Positions 50,380 to 61,705 of a stretch of DNA of 64,000 bases are shown in pieces. Source of the DNA: Raillietiella orientalis (taxonomy: Eukaryota). The translations under genes and the position numbers were made by a program. The notes beneath the pieces were generated by a model. The model was not told where the DNA came from and made no database searches. It saw only the letters and a list, made by a program, of their open reading frames with translations. The DNA lies in the NCBI GenBank assembly GCA_036172245.1, contig JAYWIR010000006.1:2542001-2606000 (forward strand). The letters are read 5' to 3'. Numbering within the stretch: position 1 is the stretch's first letter; every line of letters starts with the position of its first letter.

Positions 50380-51129
50380 TCCTTGGAGTTTCCCGGCAGC
50401 TCTCAGTTGGCTAGACCAAATGCAAGTTCTCTTTGCTGAGCTGGTTGGACGGTTCGTGTGTGGGTTCTGTCTTTGCTTGCTGAAGAGATGGGCGAGGCTG
50501 CTCATCGAGTAGCACCTTGTCCAACCCATTCCATTGGGACCTTTCCCGAAGACCCTCAGTTCCCGAATTTTCCCTACTGCTCTCCCCCTCTCCCGAACCA
50601 GGCGATCTCCTGTCAACTTCACATCCAGGCCAAAAAAAAAGATCTTTAGGCGTTCGTTCGTCCCCTCCCCTCCCCCCCTCCTTCAAAAGTAAACAGCCTG
50701 GAAAGCAGAGAGAGTCTGGGTGTCGTCACTTGGGTGTGGCCCAGTCTTTATCTCCTCCTCCTATCACCAGCCTGGAGCGTTCGTGAGCCGTCTTACGTGC
50801 AGAATGGGCGAGTCCATCTCTGAACCTTGTCCTCTCTGATGGTCTGCGTGTTCCCAGGAGAGCCAGGCTGTCCCTCGGGTTTACACGAAGAAGGGATGTC
50901 CAGCAGAATCAGCTAAGCTTTCGAAGTCCCAATGGAACCGCAGCGGGAACCAACCAGACTCCCCCCCTTCCCCAGTAGAAGGAGTCAGATGTGTCTCATG
51001 TCTTTTCAAGGAGGCTCCGGAGGCAGCATGATCCCACCAGGGGAAAGCGCGGGCCAGGTGAATCTCGAACTCTCCTGATCTGTCGCCTGTGATGCTGAGC
51101 TGCGTCTTCTACGGAGAGCGCATTCGATA

Positions 51130-51890
51130 GAGTAGCGCGCAAAATGGTAGTCGGTGGTGACGCTGTCGTGGGTAGTCGTGGGTTCGAATTGCTCCCGAAG
51201 AAAAACTATGCCAAGAACGCGAGAGGTGGGTGGGTGGGTGCCTTGTAGGTTTCGAGTTCCCTCCTGAAGGATGACGCTGGTCGGTCCATTCGGATGCGGC
51301 ACTGGTGGCCGCCGGAACCCGGATGCTCCCTTGACTGGCCTCCGGGATCAAAAGTTGACCCTTCGGGGTCCTTCCGGGTATTCAAGAGCTTCAAGGTTTC
51401 CCTCCGGCGATAAAAATGGAGCCATGCCATCGCGTACCGCAGAGCTGGTCGACATCCCCACTCGGGGCGCCTTTCCTGAGTGTCAGAAGTTCACTGCTCC
51501 CTTCGGGATTCCCTTCAGAGGAGGACAAGGAACGCACTTCCGGGATCCTTACGGAGAAGAAACGAAGAGCGGGGGTTCCTCCGGAGACAACCAGGACGAG
51601 AAGGTTCCCTTCGGAGTTCCCTTCCCCAGTGCAAGAGAAATGGAGTCCTGGATTCATAGGGTGGTCCCCACCCTAACTTAAAGAGTCAACGCGCACCCTC
51701 GGATGGCGTGGATGGTGCTTCAAGAGTTCCGTGAGCCCACGTGGACGGTTCTTCAGCACTTTGCGAACCAAAAAGAAAAAAAGGAAAGGAGGGGAAGAAA
51801 AAGAAAGCTGGAAGCAGGAAGGAAAGGAGAAGGATCTTAGAGGGATTTCCATCATCCAAGAATCGGGTGCCTCTCAGGGCGTTCCCTAAG
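51130..51890 (+). mobile_element. tRNA-derived SINE, near full-length copy
   Basis: Contains a B-box-like GGTTCGAATTG (51181-51191), GACCCTTCGGGGTC (51357-51370), GGATTCATAGGGTGG..CCCTAACTT and GGGATTTCCATCATCC (empty LINE target site at about 51843-51857). Confidence 0.8.
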
Positions 51891-52213
51891 CTGCCGCATT
51901 CTGTCGTGCTCCTCGTCGTTGGTCAGCTCACTCTGGGGCGCCGTCACTTGATGGGCGGGGCATGATCTGTTATGTGCTCCGCCAGCTGGGCGGCTACGTC
52001 CTCGACCTTTCTTTGAGGCCGCACCTTCCCTGGCCCGCGCGTGCAGCTCTTGCACGGAGCGTTCGAAACTCGGGCGGATCCCTTTGTCCCTGCACTGGAA
52101 GACGCCGAGACCTTAAACACGATCTGCTTGCTCTGTGGTCAGTCCCCTGGAGGCTTCCACTCATCTTATGACGCCATCCTGGTCGGTTCCCTGAGACTGG
52201 AAGAATGGCCTGA

Positions 52214-53290
52214 CACCCGGTTGCTCCGGGACGTTTATTTATATAAAATAAACATGGAGGTCAGTGTTAGGATTCCTGGTCCTGCCACGCCACAAGTGCA
52301 GCAATGGAAGCCTGCCGGGAACCAGCACGCAGGGCGGCGAAGTCTGCCTCGGCAGAAGAGGGGAAGGGGAAAGGGGAGGAGCGGGCAAACAAAAAAAAGA
52401 AAAATATATACAAAAGAAATTGGAAGGGATCAATGGGTGCTGGAGGGTGTCCTCTGCATCCTATACAGGGTGCCAGCAAGTTCCTGTTTCCAGGTTCCCA
52501 GATGGAAACCGTTATTCTGCCATCCTCATGAAGAGGATGGCAGAATAGATGGCATCCCTGTTGTCCTGGCCTCCTCTGGAGTTGCTCCTTGCAGCCACGA
52601 TCCTGCTGCGTGGGCAGCAAAATGCTGCTGGGGATGCGGCTGGCGTGAGGGCGTCGCTCAGGAAGAAGCGCTCTGGGGTTGTCCTCGGGGATCCGCAGGG
52701 ACGCGGCAAAGAGTTCTCACAGGGAGCGGAAGGCAACAAAATCCACGATCAGGTGTGGGAGGAACTCTCTTTCGCTACACCTGCAGCAGCTGGTGCTCGC
52801 ACACCCCCGGGTCCAATGGTGGATGTTGCAAGGGAGGCCCCAATGCAACAGAAGGATCCGGAGAAATAGTAAAGTTTTTTTCGGAGTCAGGAATCCCCTC
52901 TTCTGCAGTTCTCGAGCCAGGATTCGTGCAAGACCCCATCATCAATTCCTCCAGGGATGTTTCTGCCATCACTGCTGAAGTGCCTGGCAGTCTTTTTCCT
53001 TCCCTATGCCAGTCGTCCCGCATCCTCATTTTTCGGCTACAATTCCCAATTCGATTTCTCCATCCCACATCCCCCGTTGCTGCAAGCCCCAGTCGGCTGG
53101 ACTGCGAGGTTCGAGTACCCCAGAACGACGAGTTCTTGCTTTCCCTTTCTGCATTCTGTGCTCATCGGCCCCATGAAGAGGCAAACCGGGGTCTCATACA
53201 TGTTGTGGAGGGAGAGGAGAGGTACAACTCGTAAGGCAGGGGGGGTCGGAATCCATGCAGTTAATTACGGCCCGTGGGTACCCGTCATCT
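52214..53290 (-). mobile_element. L1/Tx1-like LINE, 5'-truncated; 5' boundary approximate
   Basis: Contains SCCRCSEREFLPHLIVDF (CCHC) and RIVAARS..NRDAIYSAILF. It ends AATAAACGTCCCGGAGCAACCGGGTG. Confidence 0.75.
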
Positions 53291-54010
53291 AAAACAAAAG
53301 TTTTATTTATGGCGTAGATTCCCAAAGTGGGAGATACCGCCACATGGCAGGAGCTGGAACGATTCAGGGGGGCGCAGAGTAATTTTTTATCTGAAAAAAG
53401 GGGCGGCAGACCAAATAAGTTTGGGAACCTATGATTTATAGCCTGCATGATATGGGCAGCGGTATACGGATGAAATGTATCTCGTGTGTAAAAAAGTGGA
53501 CTTGCGCTTTTAGAGATTTAGTCGGTGATGTGGATGGTGGTGGCTGCAATAGAACGAGTACCTCACGCGCTGTTTTCTTGTGTGGGAGATTCTGTGCCGG
53601 CAAAAATCCCGAAAGACAAGAAAATACAAATATACATGTTTATTCTATAGATTGATATACTTGTTTATTTCAATATATATATAACATACATGTAATTAAC
53701 AGCAACATTATTGAATACATATATTTATCAGTGTTTATTAACATACGTTTTATTAATATAATCAATAACTTGTTGATTATATATATATATATGTATAATC
53801 AAAAATAAGCACATATGCGACATATACATGTATGTATTCATATAAATATATGTATTCATATATATGTTTCTCTCTGTCCCTCTCTATCTATATATGTTTA
53901 CATACATACACACACACACATATATATTACTTCCTGTTTCATTTTCAAAGTTGACAGCTACAAGAGTACAAATATAGGGCTTTCCATCTTCCACCCTTCC
54001 TTCCAAAGTT

Positions 54011-56270
54011 GCTAAGCTAAGTAAGTTAAGTTTGCCCGTCCTCGCAACGTGACTTCAGTCACATCGCGAGGATGCCACAAGTTTCACTCATCGGGATGTC
54101 CTGTAGACTGTATTTCGGCGACTTCTGCCTTTCCCGTCCAAGGTCCTCTTCATGACGTTTTGGGAATCATCCGGTAATCTTCAAAGCCGATGAGTCCAGT
54201 AAGCATCGCGAGTGTAGCGGATGCACGAGATGACCACGAGCTGTCTCATTTTATCCGCGTACATCCGCGGGACACCCTGCTCACGGAGAACGGCTCGTTT
54301 CTGGTGTTCCCAGTTCCCAAAGGGCCAATCATGATGGCCTTTGAAAACTTCGACATCGACTCCTTTCTTGGATTGCAGGTTGGCAACATCTTAGCACACC
54401 TTCTCATTCCTGGAGATGCTGAGAGCTTCGTACCCGTCCTCGAAGGAGCCAGCTACACCCAGCATCACCATCGTCTTGCTTTTCTATAATACCAGATCTG
54501 GCATCAGGGTGGCATCAAAAGCAGGGATGCCAGTTTCTCGGACACTGGTTTCCATCTTGCTGTTTCTGTCCTTGCTATTTTGATCTCTTGCTCTATCGCA
54601 TCGTGCCGGGCCGTGTACAGACGACAGCGCCTCATGCAGTGGTCTGTCATGTGTCACGAGGCAACGTCTCGTCTCACAGGCCACAATGGGAGCACGAGAG
54701 ATTAGCTCACCCTTTTCTGCCAGCTCCTTCCATGAAAAGCAGATTTAGCCTCACAGCGTGGATAAATCTGCAGTCTGCAAGTTCTAGTTGGTCCCCATTT
54801 GTAAGAAAGCAACTCGAAGAATCATGCAATTGGACGCGGAGCATGGCTTCCCCTTGACCTGGGAGCTTCTCCGCCAGGGAATGCCATGTTCCCTCGCGCT
54901 GGGCAGCTCGTACGAGGAAAATCCCTCCTCATGCTGACACCAAGAATCAGCTCGCCGATCCGGATTGTCGCTTCTTCTTGAAACTTCCAAACTGCTCCTG
55001 ATATGGACAGCGAAAGTTGATCTCAACGAAGGTTGTCTTCCAATGGCCCACAAGCTCTGTGTATCCCCACTCGTTCTGGAAAACTTCCCAGATGTGAGCG
55101 GCGACATCTGGAAGATCACCCTCCGTTGAATGTCAAAAGAATTTTCCTTAATACCACCCCACAGCGAGTTTCTTGGGCTCATGTTCTGACGGCATCATTC
55201 GGTGAGGGTGATTCCCTGAAGCGCAGTCCATGATGAAGGTATCAACCTCATCTGAGAGCTTCACGAGACCAAGATAGCTCTTTTTCCTCCCTCCATAGTG
55301 GCATTCATCAGCTACCCTAGACGGGTGGTGCAGCAGTGTCCTGATTGTGCGCCTCATTTTTGTTATCCAGATATTTCCGGTTCTCTTTCTCGTGCGTTCC
55401 TAGTCTCCCGCAGTGTACGAGACTGAGGAAGTAGAAGGTTTCCATAGCATCAATTTCTTTTGCCAAGCATAGAGACCACATTTGAGGATGCATTCGGTTT
55501 TGGCAAGAATTTCTTCCTTAGAGGGATGGTTTTTGAATACTTTAATCCCAACTGCTCTTCCTAGATGCTTGTAGGCCTCTGATGAATTTAAGTGGGCAAT
55601 TGAACCACAGTTGACATTCAAGTCCCACGGTCTCAAGTCTCGACGGCTCTCACCACAATAGGAAAGGCAGGAGCATTTGGAAGGATTGATTGCTTGATCA
55701 GCCTCACCAACTGTGCCCTCAATGGAGCGTATCCCATTGCTTGGAGCCTCTTGGGAATCCGCAAGGATGACCGAGTCATCGTCATGCGCCACAAGGACAT
55801 CCCTGCCGTAACTCACCCTCACTGCACGCAGGATTGGTTCGAACGCTAAGATGAATGGGAGTGAACTCAAGGGACATCCCAGTTTCACTCCCTTGCTGCA
55901 GATGAAGAAGTCCTCGTTACGGAGGACTCCAGCTGAATGTGCGCAAGCCGGTGCACAGGCCTTCAACGATGTGAGGGAAAGCGAGCCCGACTCCAGCTTC
56001 TGGTCGCGCTCTTCGCACTGTGGTATGCGAGTTGGTGCAGAAAGCACTCGAAAGGTCGACGGAAACCATTCCAAGAGCCACGATCAAACCATTCGAATGG
56101 CATCCAATCGCCTCTGTGAGGCAAAGTTCTGGCCAAGACCTCCATCGAAGCACAGAAGTCCCTTCTGCTGGGGAATGACGACCTCTTTGTTTTCCAGGAT
56201 CCGTTTCCGCAATTCTGCCTACTGTCAATGCAACTGACTCCAATTGCTGACCTTTTCTAGTATGCAGTCC
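54011..56270 (-). mobile_element. 5'-truncated, frameshifted RLE-type non-LTR retrotransposon (NeSL/Utopia/R2-like)
   Basis: RT motifs: PQQKG..DG, DLSSAF, GVKLGCPLSSLPFILAFEP, VAHDDD, INPSKC, YKHLG and GLYAWQK. ETLPH-like CCHC and RHDAI-like remnants occur at about 54590-54675. The RLE reads MPDLVL..VMLGVAGSFEDGYEAL...NEK. It has a 3' UTR hairpin and a short (CTTA)-repeat tail. Confidence 0.9.
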
Positions 56271-56969
56271 TATATCCTGTAGAATTTTTCGAGACTAGAA
56301 CTGTCCGGTTACACTTTCACTCTTCCGGAACATTATGGCACTTCCTAATACAAGTTTTCGTATGCTATTTTTTTTTAAAAAAATTGCTGTTTTTTAATTT
56401 TTTTACATTACCTTTACTTGTAGCCCTTCTTTTTTATTTGTAAAAATTGGAAATTTATATATTTCTTTAATACATATCCATATAATCTTTAGTATATACA
56501 TCAATAATGTAATAATTTACTTATTATGTTGACGGTATGTATATTAATAAACGTTAATGTATATGCTAAGATGACACTGCCACTAAAAGTGTGTATGCTA
56601 ACACATAATGGTGACGATATATGTTAAAATTAATTTGTATATTAACCCTTTGGGTGTGGCGCAGCAGTTGCACCACTACAACGCGCGCAGGGTGGTGTAA
56701 ACCTTCCCTCCAAGTACCGCAACCGATGCGTCTGCGGACGACGAACCTGCGGCCGCGCGAGAAAACCAGCAGCTGGTAACCTCGGAAGAACCCATTCTCG
56801 GAATCCACGGATCTCCTGCCGAGGCACCAGAGAGGAAGAATGAAGGAGAGACAAAGAAGAGGATTGCTTTCCAGCAGCGTATGCTGGCGACGGTGTGCTC
56901 CAGAGAAATCAATAGAAGACCTTTCTAAATACTTGTAGGCCTCCCAGATCCTTCAGATGAATTCAACTG

Positions 56970-57135
56970 GGAGGGGGATACTCCTAACTTGAAGAGTTAG
57001 GGGGCACTCTAAGAGAAAACCACCCTATGAATCTAGGAAGGCTTCCTCTTCCGCTTCGGGGGGGGAACCTCGAAGGGAATCTCTTCCTCATTTGCTCCAG
57101 GGGGTACGTTCTTCAGAGGGGGCACACTCCTCAAT
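56970..57135 (-). mobile_element. Internal fragment of the tRNA-SINE family
   Basis: CCTAACTTGAAGAGTTAGG and ACCACCCTATGAATCT (reverse complement of GATTCATAGGGTGGT) match the other copies. Confidence 0.6.
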
Positions 57136-57194
57136 TCTGGTTGAACTAGATGAAGGATTCTGGCAAAGGCGAGAACCGGCGTCGGGATCTGGAA

Positions 57195-58975
57195 CTGACC
57201 TCTCTTCGGGTTCGACAGGGATGCAGAGCTGAAGGGGTGCCTTCGAGGCCAGTTCATTCAACCAGTCGTTCGGTTCCGTGCGGCAGGAGAGAAGAAGGGT
57301 AGGGCGGTTGTGCTGAGGTCACCGCGGTACCGCATCCTGGAGAGATGGAAGCAAGACGGGGAAGGGAGGGGCTCCGTTCTTTCAAGCCCTCTCTTCAGTA
57401 AGCGGAGAGACCAAAAATGCTCCAGAGATCAGGGAACGCAGTTGAGAGTCTCTGCCCTAAAGAGCAAGTGATGCTTATTTTGCTCAATAGTTTGGATCTC
57501 TAAGACAGATGAAGCGCGGGTGATCGGATCAATACTAGTAGTACAAGTTTAGAGAGACCGAGGAGGAGAGTTTTTTTTTTTTTTTTAGGGAATCCGGAAA
57601 GAATCCGTTCTTGGAATTTCTTTTCCGGGTGGACCCTCTGGAAAGGATCCGCTCCTTGTTCCTCCTCTTAAGAGAACCCAGAAGGGACACTTCCAAATTG
57701 CTCTAAAGAGCGTTCCCCAGAGGGGGCAGCACTTCTTGACACTCTGGAGTAAGAGATGGAGAGTTTCCTCCGAGGGGGGAGAGCAGTGGTTCCATTTTCA
57801 CAACCGGAGGAGAACCCCGAAGGGAACTGTTTCCTTGATCCTGGAAGGACCCTGGAGAGTCAACTTTTAATCCCGGACACTCATCGGGGGCATCCAGTTT
57901 TTCAGCTTCCACTAGTGTCTCAGCCGAATATGCCAACCAGCACCATTTCTGCAGGGAAACTCCAAACCCGCAACGCATCTCCCGTTCTTAGCGTCGACAC
58001 CGCGTGGGGATTCGAACCCACGACGAGTGAAGCCACGCGCGATCGCAGCCACATGGCTGCCAATGCGGGCGTGGGTCTCCAACTGAGATCCAAGAAAATT
58101 AGCGAGGCTATTGCCTTGGGTGAACAGGTTGTCCAGGCAATGGAGATGGTAAAGAATTCCCCCGTCGTTGGTCGTACCGTCCCGCACATCCTCTGTAAAA
58201 CACAGGAGAGCAAAGGTGGTCACGACTTGTACGATTTGTTGGTGTGGTTGCAGAGACGGAATGGCTTTCCCGAGTCATAGTGTTTGTTGAACACGAAATT
58301 TCGCTGCAGAGGGAAAGTAAGCCGAGAGTCCGAGGTCAAAGATCAGAGTTCTTGCAATTCCCACGACGATCACGAAGGGAGCTGACCTCTCTTCAGGGTT
58401 CGACAGGGATGCAGAATTGAAGGGATGCCTTCGAGGCCGGTTCTCGCCTTTGCCGGAATCCTTCATCTAGTTCAACCAGTCGTTCAGTTCCGTGCGGCAG
58501 GAGAGAGAAGAAAGGTAGGACGGTTGTGCTGAGGTCACCGCGGTGCCGCATCCTGGAATGATGGAAGCACGGGATGACGTGAAGGAGCGATCGCGAAGAC
58601 AACGTAGGCGTTGCGAGTCGGGGAGTTCGAGGACATGAACCAGTTGGTGTAACTGCGCCTGCCTGCTGCGCCGGCGCAGTTACACCAACTGGTTCGTACT
58701 GGCTCGCTGCAGGTGCAGTAATTCGTAGAAAAGGAACCAGGGTTTCAGAGAAAGAGCAAGACGGGTGAGGGAGAGGCTCCGTTCTTTGAAGCCCTGTCTT
58801 CAGTAAGCGGAGAGACCAAAAATGCTCCAGAGATCAGGGAACGCAGTTGAGAGTCTCTGCCCTAAAGAACAAGTGATGCTCACTTTTGCTCAATAGTTTG
58901 GATCTCTAAGACAGATGAAACGCGATTGATCGAACCAATACAAGTAGTACAAGTTTAGGGAGACTGAGGAGGGTT
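57195..58975 (+). repeat. Local direct duplication: 57195-57570 and 58382-58975
   Basis: Long near-identical stretches (e.g. TCTTCAGTAAGCGGAGAGACCAAAAATGCTCCAGAGATCAGGGAACGCAGTTGAGAGTCTCTGCCCTAAAGA) occur in both copies. Confidence 0.95.
57587..58070 (-). mobile_element. tRNA-derived SINE copy (head and body, shortened 3' part)
   Basis: B box GGTTCGAATCC (58008-58018, minus), AAGTTGACTCTCCAGGGTCC and CTCCGGTTGTGAAAATGGAACC. Poly(A) appears as plus-strand T run 57571-57586. Confidence 0.8.
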
Positions 58976-59200
58976 ATTTTTTTTTTTTTAAAGCAAAGGC
59001 CAGTAGGGACCTCACGAGGAAATGGTTACTATTGGCTTAGGATGATAGAATTCTTCTGGGTTCTTCTATTTGCTGCTTTCCTTCTAGCTTGCTTTTTCGG
59101 TTCTCTGGGTGCTCAAGAACCTCCAAGGAGTGTCGAAGAGGCTTGCAGATGTTGCCAGGGATCCTTAAACGAAGTCCTGTTACCCGAGGGTGCGTGTAGC
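58975..59200 (-). mobile_element. 3' part of the tRNA-SINE family with A tail
   Basis: GGTTCTTGAGCACCCAGAGAACC..GAAAGCAGC..AGAAGAACCC..ATCATCCTAAGCCAA..CTGGCC-poly(A) aligns with the 30938 copy. Confidence 0.7.
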
Positions 59201-59939
59201 TCAATCAGGGAGAACTCCCGAAGGGACCAGCCTAAAAATCCCAGGAATACCACGAGGATGGATCTTGGCAGTCCCTGCCCTCTTGTGGAGGGGACTGCCA
59301 GTGGCATGTGATGAGCTGGTATGCTTGTTTGATGAGGATGGTTCATGCTGAAGGAGTAACGTGCTTCTCACCTAACGACTGGGAGATCTGTTCCTAGGTG
59401 ACTGCAGAGAATGATCAAGAAAATGCACTTTATTAGCATCTTTGATGTAGTATTATTACCACGAATCTCCTTGGTGACTGCTAGTTGTTTGCACCGGATA
59501 CTCCAACGGGACGCGATCAGGGATGATAAGCAGCAATGGAACCGAAAAGCATGGACATCAGCGGCATTTTACCATATGCACGAGAGGGTTCAGATGCGTG
59601 GGCGTGGTAACTGCTGAAGAAAGCAAACGCTGAATGGTTTTTTATGATGTTCGTAGAGCTGAACAGGGGTGTCTTAATAGAAAAGTCGAGTTAAGGCTGC
59701 TACGTGAATCCCTTGGAGATAATTGGACGACCAGGGGTGGTTACACAGTATCTTGCGACCTCCACCTGGATGCACCAGGCCTCCGGTGTCTCCAAGCTCG
59801 AGGAGGAGGGTTCGAAACCGCAGTGGGCTCGGGTGGAACGTGCACTTCCAGCTCACGGTGGACGCCCACACGTCAGAGCACCCGTGAGCGAGGGCGGACT
59901 CGAATCCGGCCGAAGGATAGAGGAATTGGAAACTCCAGA

Positions 59940-60861
59940 TCTTTCACCCGGGTAAGCCGGGGCTTTTATTATTAAAAAATCTCACAATTATTAATTCTTG
60001 TCGTCTGTATTTGTGTTCCAGTCAGAACACATTGTTCTTATTGTCTTATGAACTTGTCCTTTCCGAATTGTATGCCGGTAGGGCCTTCTCCACTCGCGAA
60101 AGGGACGGGAAAAAGAGAAATAAAAAAACAAAAAAGTAAAAACGCTTGGGAGGGAAGGGAAGGGATCACAGTACGCCGTGAGGGGGCCTCTGCATCTGGT
60201 TCTGGATGCGAACAAGTGCTGGCAGAATTTTACTTAGTCGGCGCCAAAGGGAAGCCTTCTCCATGGAGATGACTGCCCAGTGAATGGCATTCCGACTGCT
60301 GCGGCCTCTTATTGACGCTTTCCACTTGCCCAATATTCTCCGTATGCAGCAGAGAACTGCAACGCACGCGGCACCTGGCAGGGAGTTCCGCATCAGGAAG
60401 AGACGAAAAATGTTTTTAGGGTCGCCCACCGGAACGTTTAGGGCCGACGAGAGTCGATCCCACATGAGGCGGAGGGCAACACACTCGATTATAAAGTGGG
60501 GGAAGGTGACCCTTTCCCCGCACTCTGCGCGATGGGCATCCAATCTCCCCAATGTTCAGTGAGACAGGCGTGCTCTGCTTAAAAGTCTCCAATGGAGCAC
60601 AAGCAGCACCGTCTCCTGCCAATCCAAAGGGAGGGTGCCACTGTCCCAATATGCCGGGGGCCACTTCACCTCCTCCGGAGGCATGCCGAGCAGCTCGCCC
60701 CAGCGCACAATTCCATTTGGCGGGACACTCGGGGTTGTAGCGTCCGCTAGTTCCCGGGACGTCCACGCCTTCATCAGTTTTTTCCTGCCTCGATGAGGGG
60801 GCAGGACACTTCATACGATGCCTCCTCATGGCTGTCCCTGGCTTCTCTGAGGGAGCTCTGA
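59940..60861 (-). mobile_element. L1/Tx1-like LINE, 5'-truncated, with perfect 12-bp TSD
   Basis: ORF 60166..60552 reads AECGERVTFPHFIIECVALRLMWDRL..RNAIHWA. It ends AATAAAAGCCCCGGCTTACCCGGGTGAAA. The TSD GGAAACTCCAGA occurs at 59928-59939 and 60862-60873. Confidence 0.85.
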
Positions 60862-61155
60862 GGAAACTCCAGAAAGGGGGAGTAGGGTTGGCGTTTTTTT
60901 CCTTTCCGTCTTTCTTTTTCAGATAGGCGGCAGAGGGGACTAGGTTGCTGTCTTGAGGATCGCTTCAAGAGAAGGAATCTCTGGAGCAGGAGTGAAATAC
61001 CGGAAGCTCTCATTCTCCCCTTTGCCTTTACCTCTTCCTCTTCCTCCTCGAGGTTGGACAGAAGCGATCTCTGTTTCGGGTCATCGGACACAAGGGCAGT
61101 GGAAGGAGGTGTTCCCCTTCCTTAGCAAGGAAGGCTGTGTGCCCTTCTTCGGCGA

Positions 61156-61705
61156 TGCCACCCGGGTACTCCGGGACGTTTATTAAAAAACCGTTTCACT
61201 CGTCATTACAGTATGTGGTACAAGGCCCCACTAACGGCCACGTAATGCCGGACCTGCCGGGACACCGGGACGCAGCCCGGTGTGACTCTCCTCGGCAGTG
61301 GAAGGGGATGGGGAGAAAAACAAAAAGAAACATAAACCAGAAAACAAAGAAAAAAAAAAAGAGTTTTTGGAGGGAAGGGAAGGGATCACGGTCCACTTTG
61401 AGGAGGGTCCATCCTTATCAGGATACCCTCGAGGTCCATCTTCAATCTGCCCAGCTGGGGCCATTCAATAGCTCTCCGCAGGAAGCGAACAGCATATGGG
61501 ATGACAGCCATCGCGTTTGAATCCACTCCCTCCTCGCTGGTATCGCTCCAAGCCGCCACGATGCCTCGGATACTTCCTTCTTCGGCGGGTGCCAAGGGGA
61601 CGGCAAGAACTTCGGACCTCAGCAGCGCTGCGACCAATGGTGGCCACAGCGCTCCTTACTCGCGGAGGCTACGCGGTAAAAAGAAGCAGCGGACCTAGGA
61701 GTCAT
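61156..61705 (-). mobile_element. L1/Tx1-like LINE, 5'-truncated, with 12-bp TSD
   Basis: Reads IRGIVAAWSD..DLEGILIRM and ends AATAAACGTCCCGGAGTACCCGGGTG. The TSD is CTTCTTCGGCGA (61144-61155) / CTTCGTCGGCGA (61706-61717). Confidence 0.8.

Noticed and set aside
57372..57408. Hammerhead-like cores (CTGAAGA...GAAA on minus here; also near 48027, 54085 and 59614)
   Set aside because: Each lacks a proper stem III/NUH cleavage triplet or stem I pairing, or has a mutated core.
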